Source of the DNA: Myxococcota bacterium
GTDB taxonomy: Bacteria; Myxococcota_A; UBA9042; PHBI01; JAWLBL01
Length of the DNA: 64,000 nucleotides
Assembly (NCBI GenBank): GCA_041687695.1
Contig: JAWLBL010000001.1
Span: forward strand, 32,001 to 96,000
Direction of reading: 5' to 3'
In this document: positions 48,426 to 58,686 of the stretch, in pieces
Layout: the number at the start of each line of letters is the position of its first letter
Position numbering within the stretch: position 1 is the first letter of the stretch
The notes under the pieces: generated by a model
Databases searched by the model: none
Seen by the model: only the letters and a program-made list of their open reading frames with translations
Told to the model about the DNA's origin: nothing
Translations under genes and position numbers: made by a program

Positions 48426-50207
48426 TCAAGGCAGGGCCGTGCACTTGGCCTTGAGCCCCATCAGGCCCAGCAGCTTGGTCTGCATCGCGCCGGGGTCGTC
48501 GGCGTGGGCGTCGAGGTGCACGCCGCCGCCCGACAGGGCGATCCGCTGGTTCGCCGTGATGAGGGACGAGCCGGCCTGGGTGGCCTGGAGCGTGACCACC
48601 GAGACCTTGACGCTGATGGGGCTGCCGTCGGGGGCCGACAGGTGCTGGAAGCCGTCGGGGTCCACGTAGGACGGGACGCTGGCGACGCTCTGTCCGGTCC
48701 CAAGGCAGGCGCCGTCGACGCAGGCGGCGCCGCCTCGGCAGTGCTCGGGCTTGGTGCAGGGGGTCGGCTTGGCGAGGCAGACGCCGCTGGGGTCGCACAG
48801 GGCGCCGCCGCGGCAGTCGGCGTCGCTGGCGCAGCCCAGCCCGAAGGCGAGGCGCTTGGCCTGCACGGCCGGGTTGAAGAACGAGGTCTCCTGCGTGTGG
48901 TCGCTCTCGGCGCCGTCGGTGAACAGGACGATGTGGTTGTCCTTGCAGTGCCGGTAGGGGTCGCGGCAGGCGCCGTCGTCGCAGACGTAGCCGCTGGAGG
49001 CGCAGTCGAGGTCCTTGTCGCAGGGCCGGCCGTCGATGACGACGTGGTTGCGGAAGTACTCGCCCGCGTAGAACAGGCTCTTGCCGAGCGGGGTGTTGCC
49101 GGCGGGGCGCAGCTCGGGGTTGTCGTGCTCCCAGCAGACCTGCTTGCCGTCGTGCTCCTTGCACAGGCCGCCGCCGCACGAGGCCGCGCTGGTGCAGGGG
49201 CGCTCGGGCACGGGCCGCAGCGTCTCGACGTGGTCCAGCCACTTCAGAAGCTGCTGCGTGTTGTCCAGGGTGTTGCGCGGCGGGAACGGCACGACCAGCA
49301 CCTGCGACAGGTTGGTCAGGAACCAGGGCGTGGCGGACGCGGTGGTGTCCTTGGCGTCGTCGTCGTCGGTCATGGTGGTCAGGTACTCGTACCAGCCGGT
49401 CCAGCAGTTCGGGGCGATGGCGGTGCGGGTGCGCTGGGGGAAGCGCTGCAGGGCGAACTGGGCGAAGCCGCCGACGGTCGCCTGCAGCGTGTCGGCGAAG
49501 ACTCGCTTGGCGAGCGTGATGAGCATCAGCGGCTCGTCCGGGTCGTCGCAGGCCGGATAGGCCGAGATGCAGGGGGTGCCCGAGCGCTGGCAGGCCGTGG
49601 CGGAGCCGGGGTGATGGATGTAGTTGGTCATCGACCCCGACGTGTCGAAGACGACCAGGACGTTGTGGCGGATGGGCTGGCAGCGGTCGCCGTAGCAGGC
49701 GTGGCCGCTCGGGCACGGCTTGTCGGTCTCGACGGTGCCGGTCGCGTCGCAGGTCGTCTCGACGCCCGCCGCGCAGGCGGTCTTGCCGGCCTCGCAGACG
49801 ATGGGCTCGCAGGTGGCGTCGAACGCGGAGGCGCGGCAGGCGGTGCCGTCGGGGCACGGGTCGGGCACGAAGAAGCCGCCCTGCACCTGGCCGGCGCCGA
49901 GGACGACGGGCTTGTCGCAGGTCTCGCGGTCGCCGGTGTCGGGGCTGCAGCGCGCGCGGGCCGAGAAGCAGTCGGTGCAGACCTTGGCCAGGGTGTGGCA
50001 GTCCATGCCCGCCGGGCAGCCGGTGTCGGCCGCCAGGGGCTGGCAGGCGATGAGCTGCGGGCCGGCGTCGGCGGAGGTGTCCTGGGTGTCGGCCGGGTCG
50101 AACGCGTCGGTCTTCACCGTGGCGTCGCGGATCGGCTCGATGGGGGCGACGTCGCAGGCCGTCAGCGCGAGGCAGGCGAGTAGCAGCGCAGGGATGATGG
50201 GACGCAT
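48426..50207 (-). CDS. Cys-rich von Willebrand factor A domain lipoprotein
   Basis: LTAC lipobox; MIDAS VFDTSGSM, GNTPLG, LFTDGAE; Cys-rich repeats flanking and inserted in the vWA domain. Confidence 0.82.
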   Translation of the reverse strand: MRPIIPALLLACLALTACDVAPIEPIRDATVKTDAFDPADTQDTSADAGPQLIACQPLAADTGCPAGMDCHTLAKVCTDCFSARARCSPDTGDRETCDKPVVLGAGQVQGGFFVPDPCPDGTACRASAFDATCEPIVCEAGKTACAAGVETTCDATGTVETDKPCPSGHACYGDRCQPIRHNVLVVFDTSGSMTNYIHHPGSATACQRSGTPCISAYPACDDPDEPLMLITLAKRVFADTLQATVGGFAQFALQRFPQRTRTAIAPNCWTGWYEYLTTMTDDDDAKDTTASATPWFLTNLSQVLVVPFPPRNTLDNTQQLLKWLDHVETLRPVPERPCTSAASCGGGLCKEHDGKQVCWEHDNPELRPAGNTPLGKSLFYAGEYFRNHVVIDGRPCDKDLDCASSGYVCDDGACRDPYRHCKDNHIVLFTDGAESDHTQETSFFNPAVQAKRLAFGLGCASDADCRGGALCDPSGVCLAKPTPCTKPEHCRGGAACVDGACLGTGQSVASVPSYVDPDGFQHLSAPDGSPISVKVSVVTLQATQAGSSLITANQRIALSGGGVHLDAHADDPGAMQTKLLGLMGLKAKCTALP

Positions 50208-50260
50208 GGGCTCCGGGCGTGGCGCGTTCGCGACCAGGGGCGAACGGTTGGGTCTGGGGC

Positions 50261-50989
50261 TTATTCCCCGAGCCACGGGCCGATGTCGAGGGAGCGTCCG
50301 GCGTCCTCGAAGGTCAGCGCCTGGACGAAGCGGACGAAGGCCTCGGCCGTGGCGTCGGGATCCTGGTGCTCGGAGACGTCGTCGGTGCCCAGGGCGGCTT
50401 TGAGCATGTCGGTGCGGACCATGCCCGGGGCGATGGCGGCCGCGACGATGCGGTCGGCCTGGTGCTCGACCGCGATGGTCTTCAGCAGGCCCTCGAGGGC
50501 GTGCTTGGAGGCGCAGTAGGGGCCGTAGTTGGGCAGCGCGAAGCGGCCGAGGCCGCTGGTCAGGCCCAGGACGACGGACCCGCGGGCGGCGCGCAGCAGG
50601 GGCAGGCAGGCCTGGAACAGGGTGAGCTGCGCGTCGACGTTGACCCGCATCACCTCGGTGAAGTCGGCCGGGTCGAGGTCGGCGAGCGGCTTCATCGGGC
50701 CGAGGAGCCCGGCGTTGAGGACGAGCAGGTCGAGACGGCCGAAGCGCGCGCGGGCCTGGGCGGCGAGGGCGGCTGGGAGGGTCGGATCGAGCAGATCGCC
50801 GGAGACGGCGCACGCGTCGGGCCCGAGCGCGTCCGCGACCTGCCGGGCGTCGGCGTCGCGGCGCGCGTGGACCAGCACCCGGGCGCCGTGGCGGGCGAAG
50901 GCAGAGACCAGCGCGCGACCCAGGCCACGGTTGGCGCCGGTGACCGCGACGGCGGCTCCGCGCATCGAGGCAAGAGGCTTGTCAACCAT
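50261..50989 (-). CDS. Short-chain dehydrogenase/reductase
   Basis: TGANRGLG, LNAG, YCASK. Alternative start 50965. Confidence 0.9.
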   Translation of the reverse strand: MVDKPLASMRGAAVAVTGANRGLGRALVSAFARHGARVLVHARRDADARQVADALGPDACAVSGDLLDPTLPAALAAQARARFGRLDLLVLNAGLLGPMKPLADLDPADFTEVMRVNVDAQLTLFQACLPLLRAARGSVVLGLTSGLGRFALPNYGPYCASKHALEGLLKTIAVEHQADRIVAAAIAPGMVRTDMLKAALGTDDVSEHQDPDATAEAFVRFVQALTFEDAGRSLDIGPWLGE

Positions 50990-51039
50990 GGCCGCCCGTA
51001 TACCATGACGGCACTCCCCCAGTCCCCAGGATTCCCGCC

Positions 51040-51663
51040 ATGCACCTGCGTCCCCTGCTCATCGGCGCGGTCGTCGCCGTCCTCTCGTCGTCGCCCGCCT
51101 GCAAGCGCACCGAGCCCGTCGCGCCCGGCACGCCCGCCGCCCCCGGCGCCGGTCAGGCCCCGCAGGCCGACGAGGTCCGGGCCGACGCCGGCCAGGCGCC
51201 CGCCGCCGAGGCCGACGCCGCCCCCGCCCCCGCCGCCCAGCCCCCTTCGGGCGAGGCCGACGCCGCCGCCGCCCCGACCGGCAACCCCGAGAGCGCCGAG
51301 ATCCTGAGCCGCGATCCGGTCACCCAGAAGGCCAAGGTCAAGCACGTCCTGGTCAGCTGGAAGGAGCTCGCCCCCGCCTTCCGCGGCCAGCAGGACCCGC
51401 GCGGCGCGCAGCGCTCCAAGGCCGACGCCGACGCCCTGGCCCTGCAGATCCTCGACCGCGTCCGCAAGGGCGAGGACATCGACAAGCTGATGGCCGAGCT
51501 CTCCGAGGACCCCGGCAGCGCCCGCACCGGCCGCGCCTACGACGTCTCCGAGGACGCCCCGCTCGTCCCGCCGTTCAAGCGCCTGAGCCTGCGCCTGAAC
51601 GTGAACGAGGCCGGCGCCGTCCAGACCGACTACGGCTGGCACATCATCAAGAGGGTCGAATGA
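51040..51663 (+). CDS. Parvulin/PpiC peptidyl-prolyl isomerase, probable lipoprotein
   Basis: VKHVLV, SEDPGSA, VPPF, TDYGWHII; SPAC N-terminal Cys. Confidence 0.9.
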   Translation: MHLRPLLIGAVVAVLSSSPACKRTEPVAPGTPAAPGAGQAPQADEVRADAGQAPAAEADAAPAPAAQPPSGEADAAAAPTGNPESAEILSRDPVTQKAKVKHVLVSWKELAPAFRGQQDPRGAQRSKADADALALQILDRVRKGEDIDKLMAELSEDPGSARTGRAYDVSEDAPLVPPFKRLSLRLNVNEAGAVQTDYGWHIIKRVE

Positions 51664-52721
51664 TCCCCGCCGGCGACGGGACGGCGACCGCGCGCGCGTC
51701 GTTCGAGGTCACTGACGAGGCCCTCGAGCGCGCCGCCGCGCATCTGATGCGCCTCGTCGACCGCGACAGCACCTCGGGCCGCGAGGCGCCCGGCGTCGAC
51801 GAGGCCGAGGCCGTCGCGCGCGAGCTCGAGCTGCCCGTGCGCCGCCTGCCCGTCGCCGAGGGACGCGACAACCTGCTGGTCGGCGACCCGCAGCCGCGCG
51901 TCCTTCTGTGCACGCACCTCGACACCGTGCCGCCGTTCATCCCGGCGCGCCGCGAGGGCGACGTCATCCACGGCCGCGGCAGCGCCGACGCCAAGGGCGT
52001 CGCGGTCGCCATGCTGTACGGCCTCGAGCGCCTCGCCGCCGCCGGGCGCGCCCAGGGCGCCGCCTGCCTGCTGGTGGTCGGCGAGGAGACCGACCACGCC
52101 GGCGCCCGCGCGGCCCTGACCGCCGGCCTGGCGCCCGAGGTCATCGTCCTGGGCGAGCCCTGCGGCATGCGCCCGGCCGTCGCGCAGAAGGGCCTGCTCA
52201 AGCTCCGCCTGACCACGGCGGGGGCCTCGGGCCACTCGGCCTACCCGGACACGGGCGTGTCCGCCGTCCACCGCCTGCTCGACGGCCTGCAGGCCCTCCG
52301 CACGGCCCGCCTGCCCGCCGACGCCACGCTGGGCGAGACGACCGTCAACGTCGGCCAGATCCGCGGCGGGGTCGCCGCCAACGTGATCGCGCCCAGCGCC
52401 GAGGCGGTCGTGCTCATCCGCTGCGCGGCCCCGGTCGACGCCGTGCTGGCCGAGATCCTGGGCCGCATGCCGACCGAGGTCGCCGTCGAGGAGCTGAGCC
52501 GCGCCGAGCCGCTCGAGTTCTTCACCGGCGGCGAGCCCAGCGGGCGCTCGGTCCCCTTCAACACCGACGCGCACACGCTGGCCCCGCTGGGCGCCCGCAT
52601 GATGCTGATGGGGCCCGGCGACATGCGCTGCGCCCACTCGCCGCGCGAGCACCTGAGCCTGCCCGAGCTGCGCGAGGCCATCGCCCGCTTCGCCGACCTC
52701 TGCGGGCGGCTGCTGACCTGA
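51660..52721 (+). CDS. M20 family metallopeptidase (ArgE/DapE-like)
   Basis: THLDTVP, GRGSADAKG, GEE, GEP, GHSAYP, AHSPRE. Confidence 0.9.
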   Translation: MIPAGDGTATARASFEVTDEALERAAAHLMRLVDRDSTSGREAPGVDEAEAVARELELPVRRLPVAEGRDNLLVGDPQPRVLLCTHLDTVPPFIPARREGDVIHGRGSADAKGVAVAMLYGLERLAAAGRAQGAACLLVVGEETDHAGARAALTAGLAPEVIVLGEPCGMRPAVAQKGLLKLRLTTAGASGHSAYPDTGVSAVHRLLDGLQALRTARLPADATLGETTVNVGQIRGGVAANVIAPSAEAVVLIRCAAPVDAVLAEILGRMPTEVAVEELSRAEPLEFFTGGEPSGRSVPFNTDAHTLAPLGARMMLMGPGDMRCAHSPREHLSLPELREAIARFADLCGRLLT

Positions 52722-52732
52722 GCCGACGCCAC

Positions 52733-52783
52733 CGAACAGGTAGGCGAACAGGTAGGCGAACAGGTAGGCGAACAGGTGGGCGA
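52733..52783. repeat. 12-bp tandem repeat x4 (CGAACAGGTAGG)
   Basis: Three exact copies plus cgaacaggtggg, upstream of GTGATC-N17-TATACT (52801-52829). Confidence 0.92.
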
Positions 52784-52883
52784 CCCGTTGGGGGGAGATC
52801 GTGATCCGAGCCGTGGGCGCCGGTATACTGCCGGCCCGGCACGCTCCTGGGGGGCGCGTGCCACCCGCCTCGAGGTCCGATCC

Positions 52884-55800
52884 ATGCGCCACCGTGCCGC
52901 TCGCCGCCTGCTGCTCCTGACCCTGGTCGCCGCCACGCCGCTGGGGTGCGTCGACTCCGAGGTCGCCGGGGTCCTGGCCGACCTCGACCCGGCCGACGCC
53001 GACGCCGACGTCCCGCTGCCCGACGTCCCCGAGCCCGACGGCGCGCAGGACGGCGAGGTCACCGACGCGGCCGACGCGGACGCCGACGTCCCGCCCGAGT
53101 GCCGAACCGACGCTCAGTGCGCGGGCCTCGCGCCCCCGCCGGACGACCCGTGCGCGGTCGCCGTCTGCAACGTCGACGCGGGGCGCTGCGAGTGGGTGCC
53201 GCGGCCCGACTGCTGCGTGACCGACGCCGACTGCCCGCAGGTCGATGGCGCCTGCTCGACGTTCGTCTGCTCGCACCCCGGTGGCCAGTGCGTCCCGGTC
53301 GACACCTGCAGCCCGTGCGACTCGGATCTCGAGTGCCAGAAGCAGGCCCCGCCCTGCCACGCCGGCCTTTGCCAGCCGGACGGATGCCTGTTCCAGCCGC
53401 TGCCCGAGGGGTCGTGCTGCGCGGTCGACGGCCAGTGCAGCGACGGCGACCCCTGCACGACCGACCTGTGCCTTCAGGGCGTCTGCTCGTTCTTGCCCAC
53501 GGGGGGCGACCTGTGCTGCGCGACGCCGCCGCTGCTCGACACGTCGTTCACCGAAGCCCCGCCGATGACCACGACCAGCAGCTCGCAGACGGTGAAATGG
53601 CACGTCTCGGTCGGCGCCCCGACCCCCAGCCCGCCGGCCGTGCTGGCCCTGACCGACCCGGAGACCCTGCTGCTGGGCCCGGCCGGGCAGCCGCTCCAGG
53701 CCACGGCCGAGATCCCGCTGGGCTTCGTCGCAGCCGGCTCCAAGGTGCGCGTCCGCTTCCAGCTGCGGGCCGACCTGCGCGGCGGCGAGAGCATCGACCG
53801 CTTCGGGATCCTGCTGCGCCCGACGGCCAGCCCGCCCATCACGGTCCACCGCAAGGACGAGGGGCCGCTGGGCGCCTGGTACGTCGTCGACCGAGAGCTC
53901 CTGGTCCCGTCGGCCGGACCGGTCACGCTCGAGCTGCGCTTCAACTCGGGCGTGCCGCTCACCGGCAAGCACGCCGGCGTGTTCCTCGACGATCTGGACG
54001 TGCGCGTCGGCTGCGACGCGCCGCTCGAGTGCCAGGTCGCCGCCGACTGCCCGCCCCAACCCTGCGCGGCGGCCTCGTGCGTGCAGGGCAAGTGCTTCCA
54101 TCAACCGATCGACGGGTGCTGCACCGGCGACGACCAGTGCGCGGTCGACGATCCGTGCGCGATCGGCCGCTGCCAGGACGGCCTGTGCGTGGTCGAGCCG
54201 AACCCGCTGTGCTGTGACGGCCCGGGCTGCTGCCAGCCGCTGGTGCTCGGCGAGGGCTTCGACGGCGACCTCGCCGGGTGGACGCTGGACAACGGCCACC
54301 CCGAGGTCGGCTGGCACTGGGTGGACGCGCCCGACGGCGCCGCCCCCAGCCCGCCGGTGGTGCTGTACTACGGCCGCCCGGGCGCCTTCGACTATCAGAC
54401 CCAGGGGCCCAACTCGGGCACGGCGTGGTCGCCGCCGCTGTCCATTCCGGCCGACGCCCAAGCGGTCGCGCTGAGCTTCTGGGTCATCGCCGACGTCGAG
54501 CAGGGCCCGGCCTTCGACGTCCTCGAGGTCCTCGCGAAGCCGGCCAACGGCGGCGCGGCGGCCGTCGTGTGGACCAAGCCGGTGCCGATGACCATGGGGC
54601 AGTGGTCGCAGTTCGAGGCGGACCTGTCCGGGCTGGCCGGCCAGGTCGTGCAGCTGGGCTTCCGCTTCGACACGATGGACGGGGTGGCCAACGACACGTT
54701 CGGGCTGGCCATCGACGACGTGTTCGTCACCGCCGAGTGCGGTCAGCCCCAGTGCACGAGCGACGCGCAGTGCGCCGGCGGGCCGCCCTGCACCCAGGGC
54801 GTGTGCGTGCAGGGCCAGTGCCAGAGCCTGCCCCTGCCCGGCTGCTGCAAGTCCGCCCAGGACTGCGCCGACGGCGACCCGTGCACCCTGAACGTCTGCG
54901 ACGCGGCCACCGGGATGTGCTCCAACCCGCCGTCGAAGGACTGCTGCCAGGTCAACGCCGACTGCAACGACAGCGACCCGTGCACCACCGACTTCTGCGC
55001 GATGCTCGGCGGCCCGAACGGGCCGGCGGGTCAGTGCGTGCACCAGCCGGTGCCCGGGTGCTGCGCGACCCATGCGCAGTGCGACGACGGCGAGCCGTGT
55101 ACGGCGGACCTGTGCGTGGCGGGCAAGTGCTTCAGCCAGCCGACGCCGGGCTGCTGCGCCAGCGGCCTGGACTGCCAGGACGGCGACCCCTGCACCGTCG
55201 ACGCCTGCGTGAACGGCCAGTGCACGTGGCAGCAGGCCCCTGGGTGCTGCCAGGTGGGCGCCGACTGCAACGACGGCGACCCCTGCACGCAGGACCTGTG
55301 CGACCAGGCCACGGGCGGCTGCCAGCACCTGCCCGTCCCGGGCTGCTGCACGGGCGCCGGCGACTGCAACGACGCCAACCCGTGCACGACCGACCTGTGC
55401 GACGCAGCGAGCGGGCTGTGCACCTTCCAGCCCATCGCGGGGTGCTGCCAGACGGCCGCGGACTGCAACGACGACAACAAGTGCACGACCGACCAGTGCG
55501 TCGGGGGCACCTGCCAGTACCAGCTGAACGTGAACTGCTGCAAGGTCGCCGCCGACTGCGACGACGGCAACCCGTGCACCACCGACACCTGCGCCACCGT
55601 GGGGCCGTTCGGGGTCTGTCAGCACCAGGGCAACGCCGGCCCCGGCTGCTGCACGACGGCGGCCGACTGCGGCGCGGGCGCCTGCGGGCAGGCGACGTGC
55701 CAGAACTTCCAGTGCAAGGTGCAGTCCGTGCCAGGGTGCTGCGAGTCGAACGCGCAGTGCGAGGACGGCGACCCGTGCACGCAGGACGCGTGCGTCGGCG

Positions 55801-58631
55801 GCCAGTGCGTCAGCACGCCCGGGCAGGGCTGCTGCCAGACCGACGCCGACTGCGCGGACGGCGACCCCTGCACGGCCGAGACCTGCGACAAGACGACCGG
55901 CGCGTGCGTCGTCGTGCCGGGCCTGGGCTGCTGCGCGTCGGACGCGGCCTGCGACGACGGCGACCCGTGCACGGCCGACGTGTGCGACGCGGTCAGCGGC
56001 CAGTGCGAGCACACGCCGAGCGGGGCCTGCTGCACCGTCAACGCCGACTGCGACGACGGCAACCCCTGCACGCAGGACGCCTGCGGGCCGGCCGGCGCGT
56101 GCCGCAACGACGCCATCGCGGGCTGCTGCGCCACGGCGGCCGACTGCGACGACGGCAACGCCTGCACGACCGACGTGTGCGACGGCGGCGTGTGCCAGCA
56201 TCAGGTCGACGTCTTCTGCTGCAAGACCGACGCCCAGTGCGACGACGGCAACCCGTGCACCATGGACGTGTGCCTGACGTTCCAGCAGTTCGGCGTGTGC
56301 CAGCACCAGCCCACGCCGGGCCCGGGCTGCTGCGCGAACGACGGCCAGTGCCAGGCGCCGTGCCAGGTGGGCCAGTGCCAGCAGTTCCAGTGCGTGTTCC
56401 AGCCGGACCCGTCGTGCTGCACGACCGACGCGCAGTGCGAAGAGGGCGACCCGTGCACCAAGGACCAGTGCGTCGGCGGCGCCTGCGTCCACACCGCCGA
56501 CCCGGGCTGCTGCGGCGCCAGCGGCCAGTGCGACGACGGCGACCCGTGCACGGTCGACGTCTGCGGCCCGGGCGGGACGTGCCAGCACGCGCCCGTGCCC
56601 GGCTGCTGCCAGAGCAGCGCCGACTGCAACGACGGCGACGCCTGCACGGCGGACGGCTGCGACGTGGCCATTGGCACCTGCGTCAGCAAACCCATCCCGG
56701 GCTGCTGCAGCTCGGCCGCCCAGTGCGACGACGGCAAGGTCTGCACCCAGGACGCCTGCGTGAACGGCAAGTGCGTGGCGACGCCCGTCCCGGGCTGCTG
56801 CACGGGCAACGCGGACTGCGACGACGGCCAGGCGTGCACCAGCGACGTCTGCGACGTCCTGTCGGGCAAGTGCGTGCACGCGGCCGAGCCCGGCTGCTGC
56901 TCGGCCGACGACGACTGCGAGGACGGCGACCCCTGCACGGCCAACGCCTGCGACGCCGCCACGGGCCAGTGCGTCAGCAAGCCGGCCCCCGGCTGCTGCA
57001 CGTCCAACGCCCAGTGCGACGACGGCAACGCCTGCACTTCCGACGCCTGCGACCCCAAGACCGGCCAGTGCGTGCACACGCCCGGCCCGGACTGCTGCAC
57101 CGCCAGCACCCAGTGCGCCGACGCCGACCCCTGCACGCTCGACGCCTGCGACCCCAAGACCGGCCAGTGCTCCCACCAGCCGATCGAAGGCTGCTGCACA
57201 CAGCTCGACGGGGCCCTGTTCACCTTCGACCAGCCGAACGCGCTGCAGGGCTGGACCATCTCGCCCGCCCAGTCGCCCACGGCGGTGACCTGGTGGCTCA
57301 GCAACAAGCGCGCCGTGTCGCTGCCGAACGCGCTGTACATGGGCAACCCGACCACCGGCAACTACGCGAAGTCGGGTCAGGCCCCCAAGGCGACCGTCCG
57401 CACGCCGGTCATCGACGTGCCGGACCGCCCGTTCGTCTCGCTGACCTTCCGGGTGTGGCTCGACGTCGAGGCCATCGCCAACTACGACCGGCTGACGGTC
57501 CAGGTCGTCCCCGCCGACGGCGGCGCGCCGACGACGGTCTGGAGCAAGTCCTCCATCGCCTCCAACCAATACGAGACCTGGGCCAGCACCCAGGCGAACC
57601 TGACGCCCTGGGCCGGCCAGCAGGTGCGCCTCGAGCTGGCCTTCGACGCGGTGGACACCGTCATGAACGGCACCGAGGGCATCTACGTCGACAACCTGCG
57701 CGTGCGCGGCTTCTGCCAGGACCCGGGCTTCTGCCAGACCGCGGCCGACTGCAGCGACGGCGACGCCTGCACGGCCGACGCTTGCGTGGGCAACGTCTGC
57801 CAGCACGAGCCGCAGCCCGGCTGCTGCCAGGGCGACGACGACTGCGACGACGCCAACCCGTGCACGGCCGACGTCTGCCAGGGCGGCGCCTGCGCGTTCA
57901 CGCCGACGCCGGGCTGCTGCATGGCCGACCTCGAGTGCGACGACGGCAACCCGTGCACGGCCGACAGCTGCGATCCCGACCAGCTCGTGTGCGTCCACTC
58001 GCCCGGCCCGGACTGCTGCCAGGGCGACGACGCCTGCGACGACGGGGACCCGTGCACCGTCGACACCTGCGCGGACGGCGCCTGCGTCCACGCCCCCAGC
58101 GACGACGCCAACTGCTGCGTGGGCCAGACCTGGTTCAGCGCCGACTTCTCGAACGGCACGCTGCAGGGCTTCACGGTGGTCGGCAACGGCTCGGCCGCCA
58201 AGTGGCAGCCGACCCAGAAGCGCTGGTGGTCGCCGCCCTTCGGCCTGTACTACGGCGTGCTGGCCAACACCAACTACGACACCGGCGCGCGCAACTTCGG
58301 CACCGCGACCTCGCCGGCCATCGCCATCCCGGCGACCGCTCAGTCACCGACCCTGTCCTTCCGGCTGTGGCTGGGCATCGAGACCGTGCCGTTCCGCGAC
58401 CGCTTCGGCGTGCGCACCGTCATCGACGGGACGCTGCTGAACGTGTGGAGCAAGCAGCAGCTCGGCGCGTCGAGCTACAAGTCCTGGGTGACCGTCACGG
58501 TCCCGCTGCCGTCGTCGGCGGCGGGCAGCACCGTGAACGTGCAGTTCGTCTTCGACACCATCAACGGGACGAACAACAGCGGCGAGGGAATCTACGTCGA
58601 CGACGTGAAGGTCTTCGACGACTGCCCCTGA
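52884..58631 (+). CDS. Giant Cys-repeat surface lipoprotein (~35 CC-x5-C-xDGxPCTxDxC repeats, four MAM/choice-of-anchor-J-like beta-sandwich domains)
   Basis: TPLGC lipobox; repeats counted by eye; four domains ending GVFLDD, GLAIDD, GIYVDN, GIYVDD. Confidence 0.88.
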   Translation: MRHRAARRLLLLTLVAATPLGCVDSEVAGVLADLDPADADADVPLPDVPEPDGAQDGEVTDAADADADVPPECRTDAQCAGLAPPPDDPCAVAVCNVDAGRCEWVPRPDCCVTDADCPQVDGACSTFVCSHPGGQCVPVDTCSPCDSDLECQKQAPPCHAGLCQPDGCLFQPLPEGSCCAVDGQCSDGDPCTTDLCLQGVCSFLPTGGDLCCATPPLLDTSFTEAPPMTTTSSSQTVKWHVSVGAPTPSPPAVLALTDPETLLLGPAGQPLQATAEIPLGFVAAGSKVRVRFQLRADLRGGESIDRFGILLRPTASPPITVHRKDEGPLGAWYVVDRELLVPSAGPVTLELRFNSGVPLTGKHAGVFLDDLDVRVGCDAPLECQVAADCPPQPCAAASCVQGKCFHQPIDGCCTGDDQCAVDDPCAIGRCQDGLCVVEPNPLCCDGPGCCQPLVLGEGFDGDLAGWTLDNGHPEVGWHWVDAPDGAAPSPPVVLYYGRPGAFDYQTQGPNSGTAWSPPLSIPADAQAVALSFWVIADVEQGPAFDVLEVLAKPANGGAAAVVWTKPVPMTMGQWSQFEADLSGLAGQVVQLGFRFDTMDGVANDTFGLAIDDVFVTAECGQPQCTSDAQCAGGPPCTQGVCVQGQCQSLPLPGCCKSAQDCADGDPCTLNVCDAATGMCSNPPSKDCCQVNADCNDSDPCTTDFCAMLGGPNGPAGQCVHQPVPGCCATHAQCDDGEPCTADLCVAGKCFSQPTPGCCASGLDCQDGDPCTVDACVNGQCTWQQAPGCCQVGADCNDGDPCTQDLCDQATGGCQHLPVPGCCTGAGDCNDANPCTTDLCDAASGLCTFQPIAGCCQTAADCNDDNKCTTDQCVGGTCQYQLNVNCCKVAADCDDGNPCTTDTCATVGPFGVCQHQGNAGPGCCTTAADCGAGACGQATCQNFQCKVQSVPGCCESNAQCEDGDPCTQDACVGGQCVSTPGQGCCQTDADCADGDPCTAETCDKTTGACVVVPGLGCCASDAACDDGDPCTADVCDAVSGQCEHTPSGACCTVNADCDDGNPCTQDACGPAGACRNDAIAGCCATAADCDDGNACTTDVCDGGVCQHQVDVFCCKTDAQCDDGNPCTMDVCLTFQQFGVCQHQPTPGPGCCANDGQCQAPCQVGQCQQFQCVFQPDPSCCTTDAQCEEGDPCTKDQCVGGACVHTADPGCCGASGQCDDGDPCTVDVCGPGGTCQHAPVPGCCQSSADCNDGDACTADGCDVAIGTCVSKPIPGCCSSAAQCDDGKVCTQDACVNGKCVATPVPGCCTGNADCDDGQACTSDVCDVLSGKCVHAAEPGCCSADDDCEDGDPCTANACDAATGQCVSKPAPGCCTSNAQCDDGNACTSDACDPKTGQCVHTPGPDCCTASTQCADADPCTLDACDPKTGQCSHQPIEGCCTQLDGALFTFDQPNALQGWTISPAQSPTAVTWWLSNKRAVSLPNALYMGNPTTGNYAKSGQAPKATVRTPVIDVPDRPFVSLTFRVWLDVEAIANYDRLTVQVVPADGGAPTTVWSKSSIASNQYETWASTQANLTPWAGQQVRLELAFDAVDTVMNGTEGIYVDNLRVRGFCQDPGFCQTAADCSDGDACTADACVGNVCQHEPQPGCCQGDDDCDDANPCTADVCQGGACAFTPTPGCCMADLECDDGNPCTADSCDPDQLVCVHSPGPDCCQGDDACDDGDPCTVDTCADGACVHAPSDDANCCVGQTWFSADFSNGTLQGFTVVGNGSAAKWQPTQKRWWSPPFGLYYGVLANTNYDTGARNFGTATSPAIAIPATAQSPTLSFRLWLGIETVPFRDRFGVRTVIDGTLLNVWSKQQLGASSYKSWVTVTVPLPSSAAGSTVNVQFVFDTINGTNNSGEGIYVDDVKVFDDCP

Positions 58632-58686
58632 GGCCGGCCGGCCCCCCCGGCGCCCGGTCGGCGCCGGGCGGCCCCCTCGCCCAGCG

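Noticed and set aside
52733..52783. Possible CRISPR array (also repeats at 2407 and 19330)
   Set aside because: Contiguous tandem repeats without unique spacers; no cas genes.
51630..58091. 2153-aa minus-strand ORF (and 1480-aa alternate-frame ORF 54278-58720)
   Set aside because: Shadow ORFs of the Cys-repeat gene caused by GC3 bias; no motifs.
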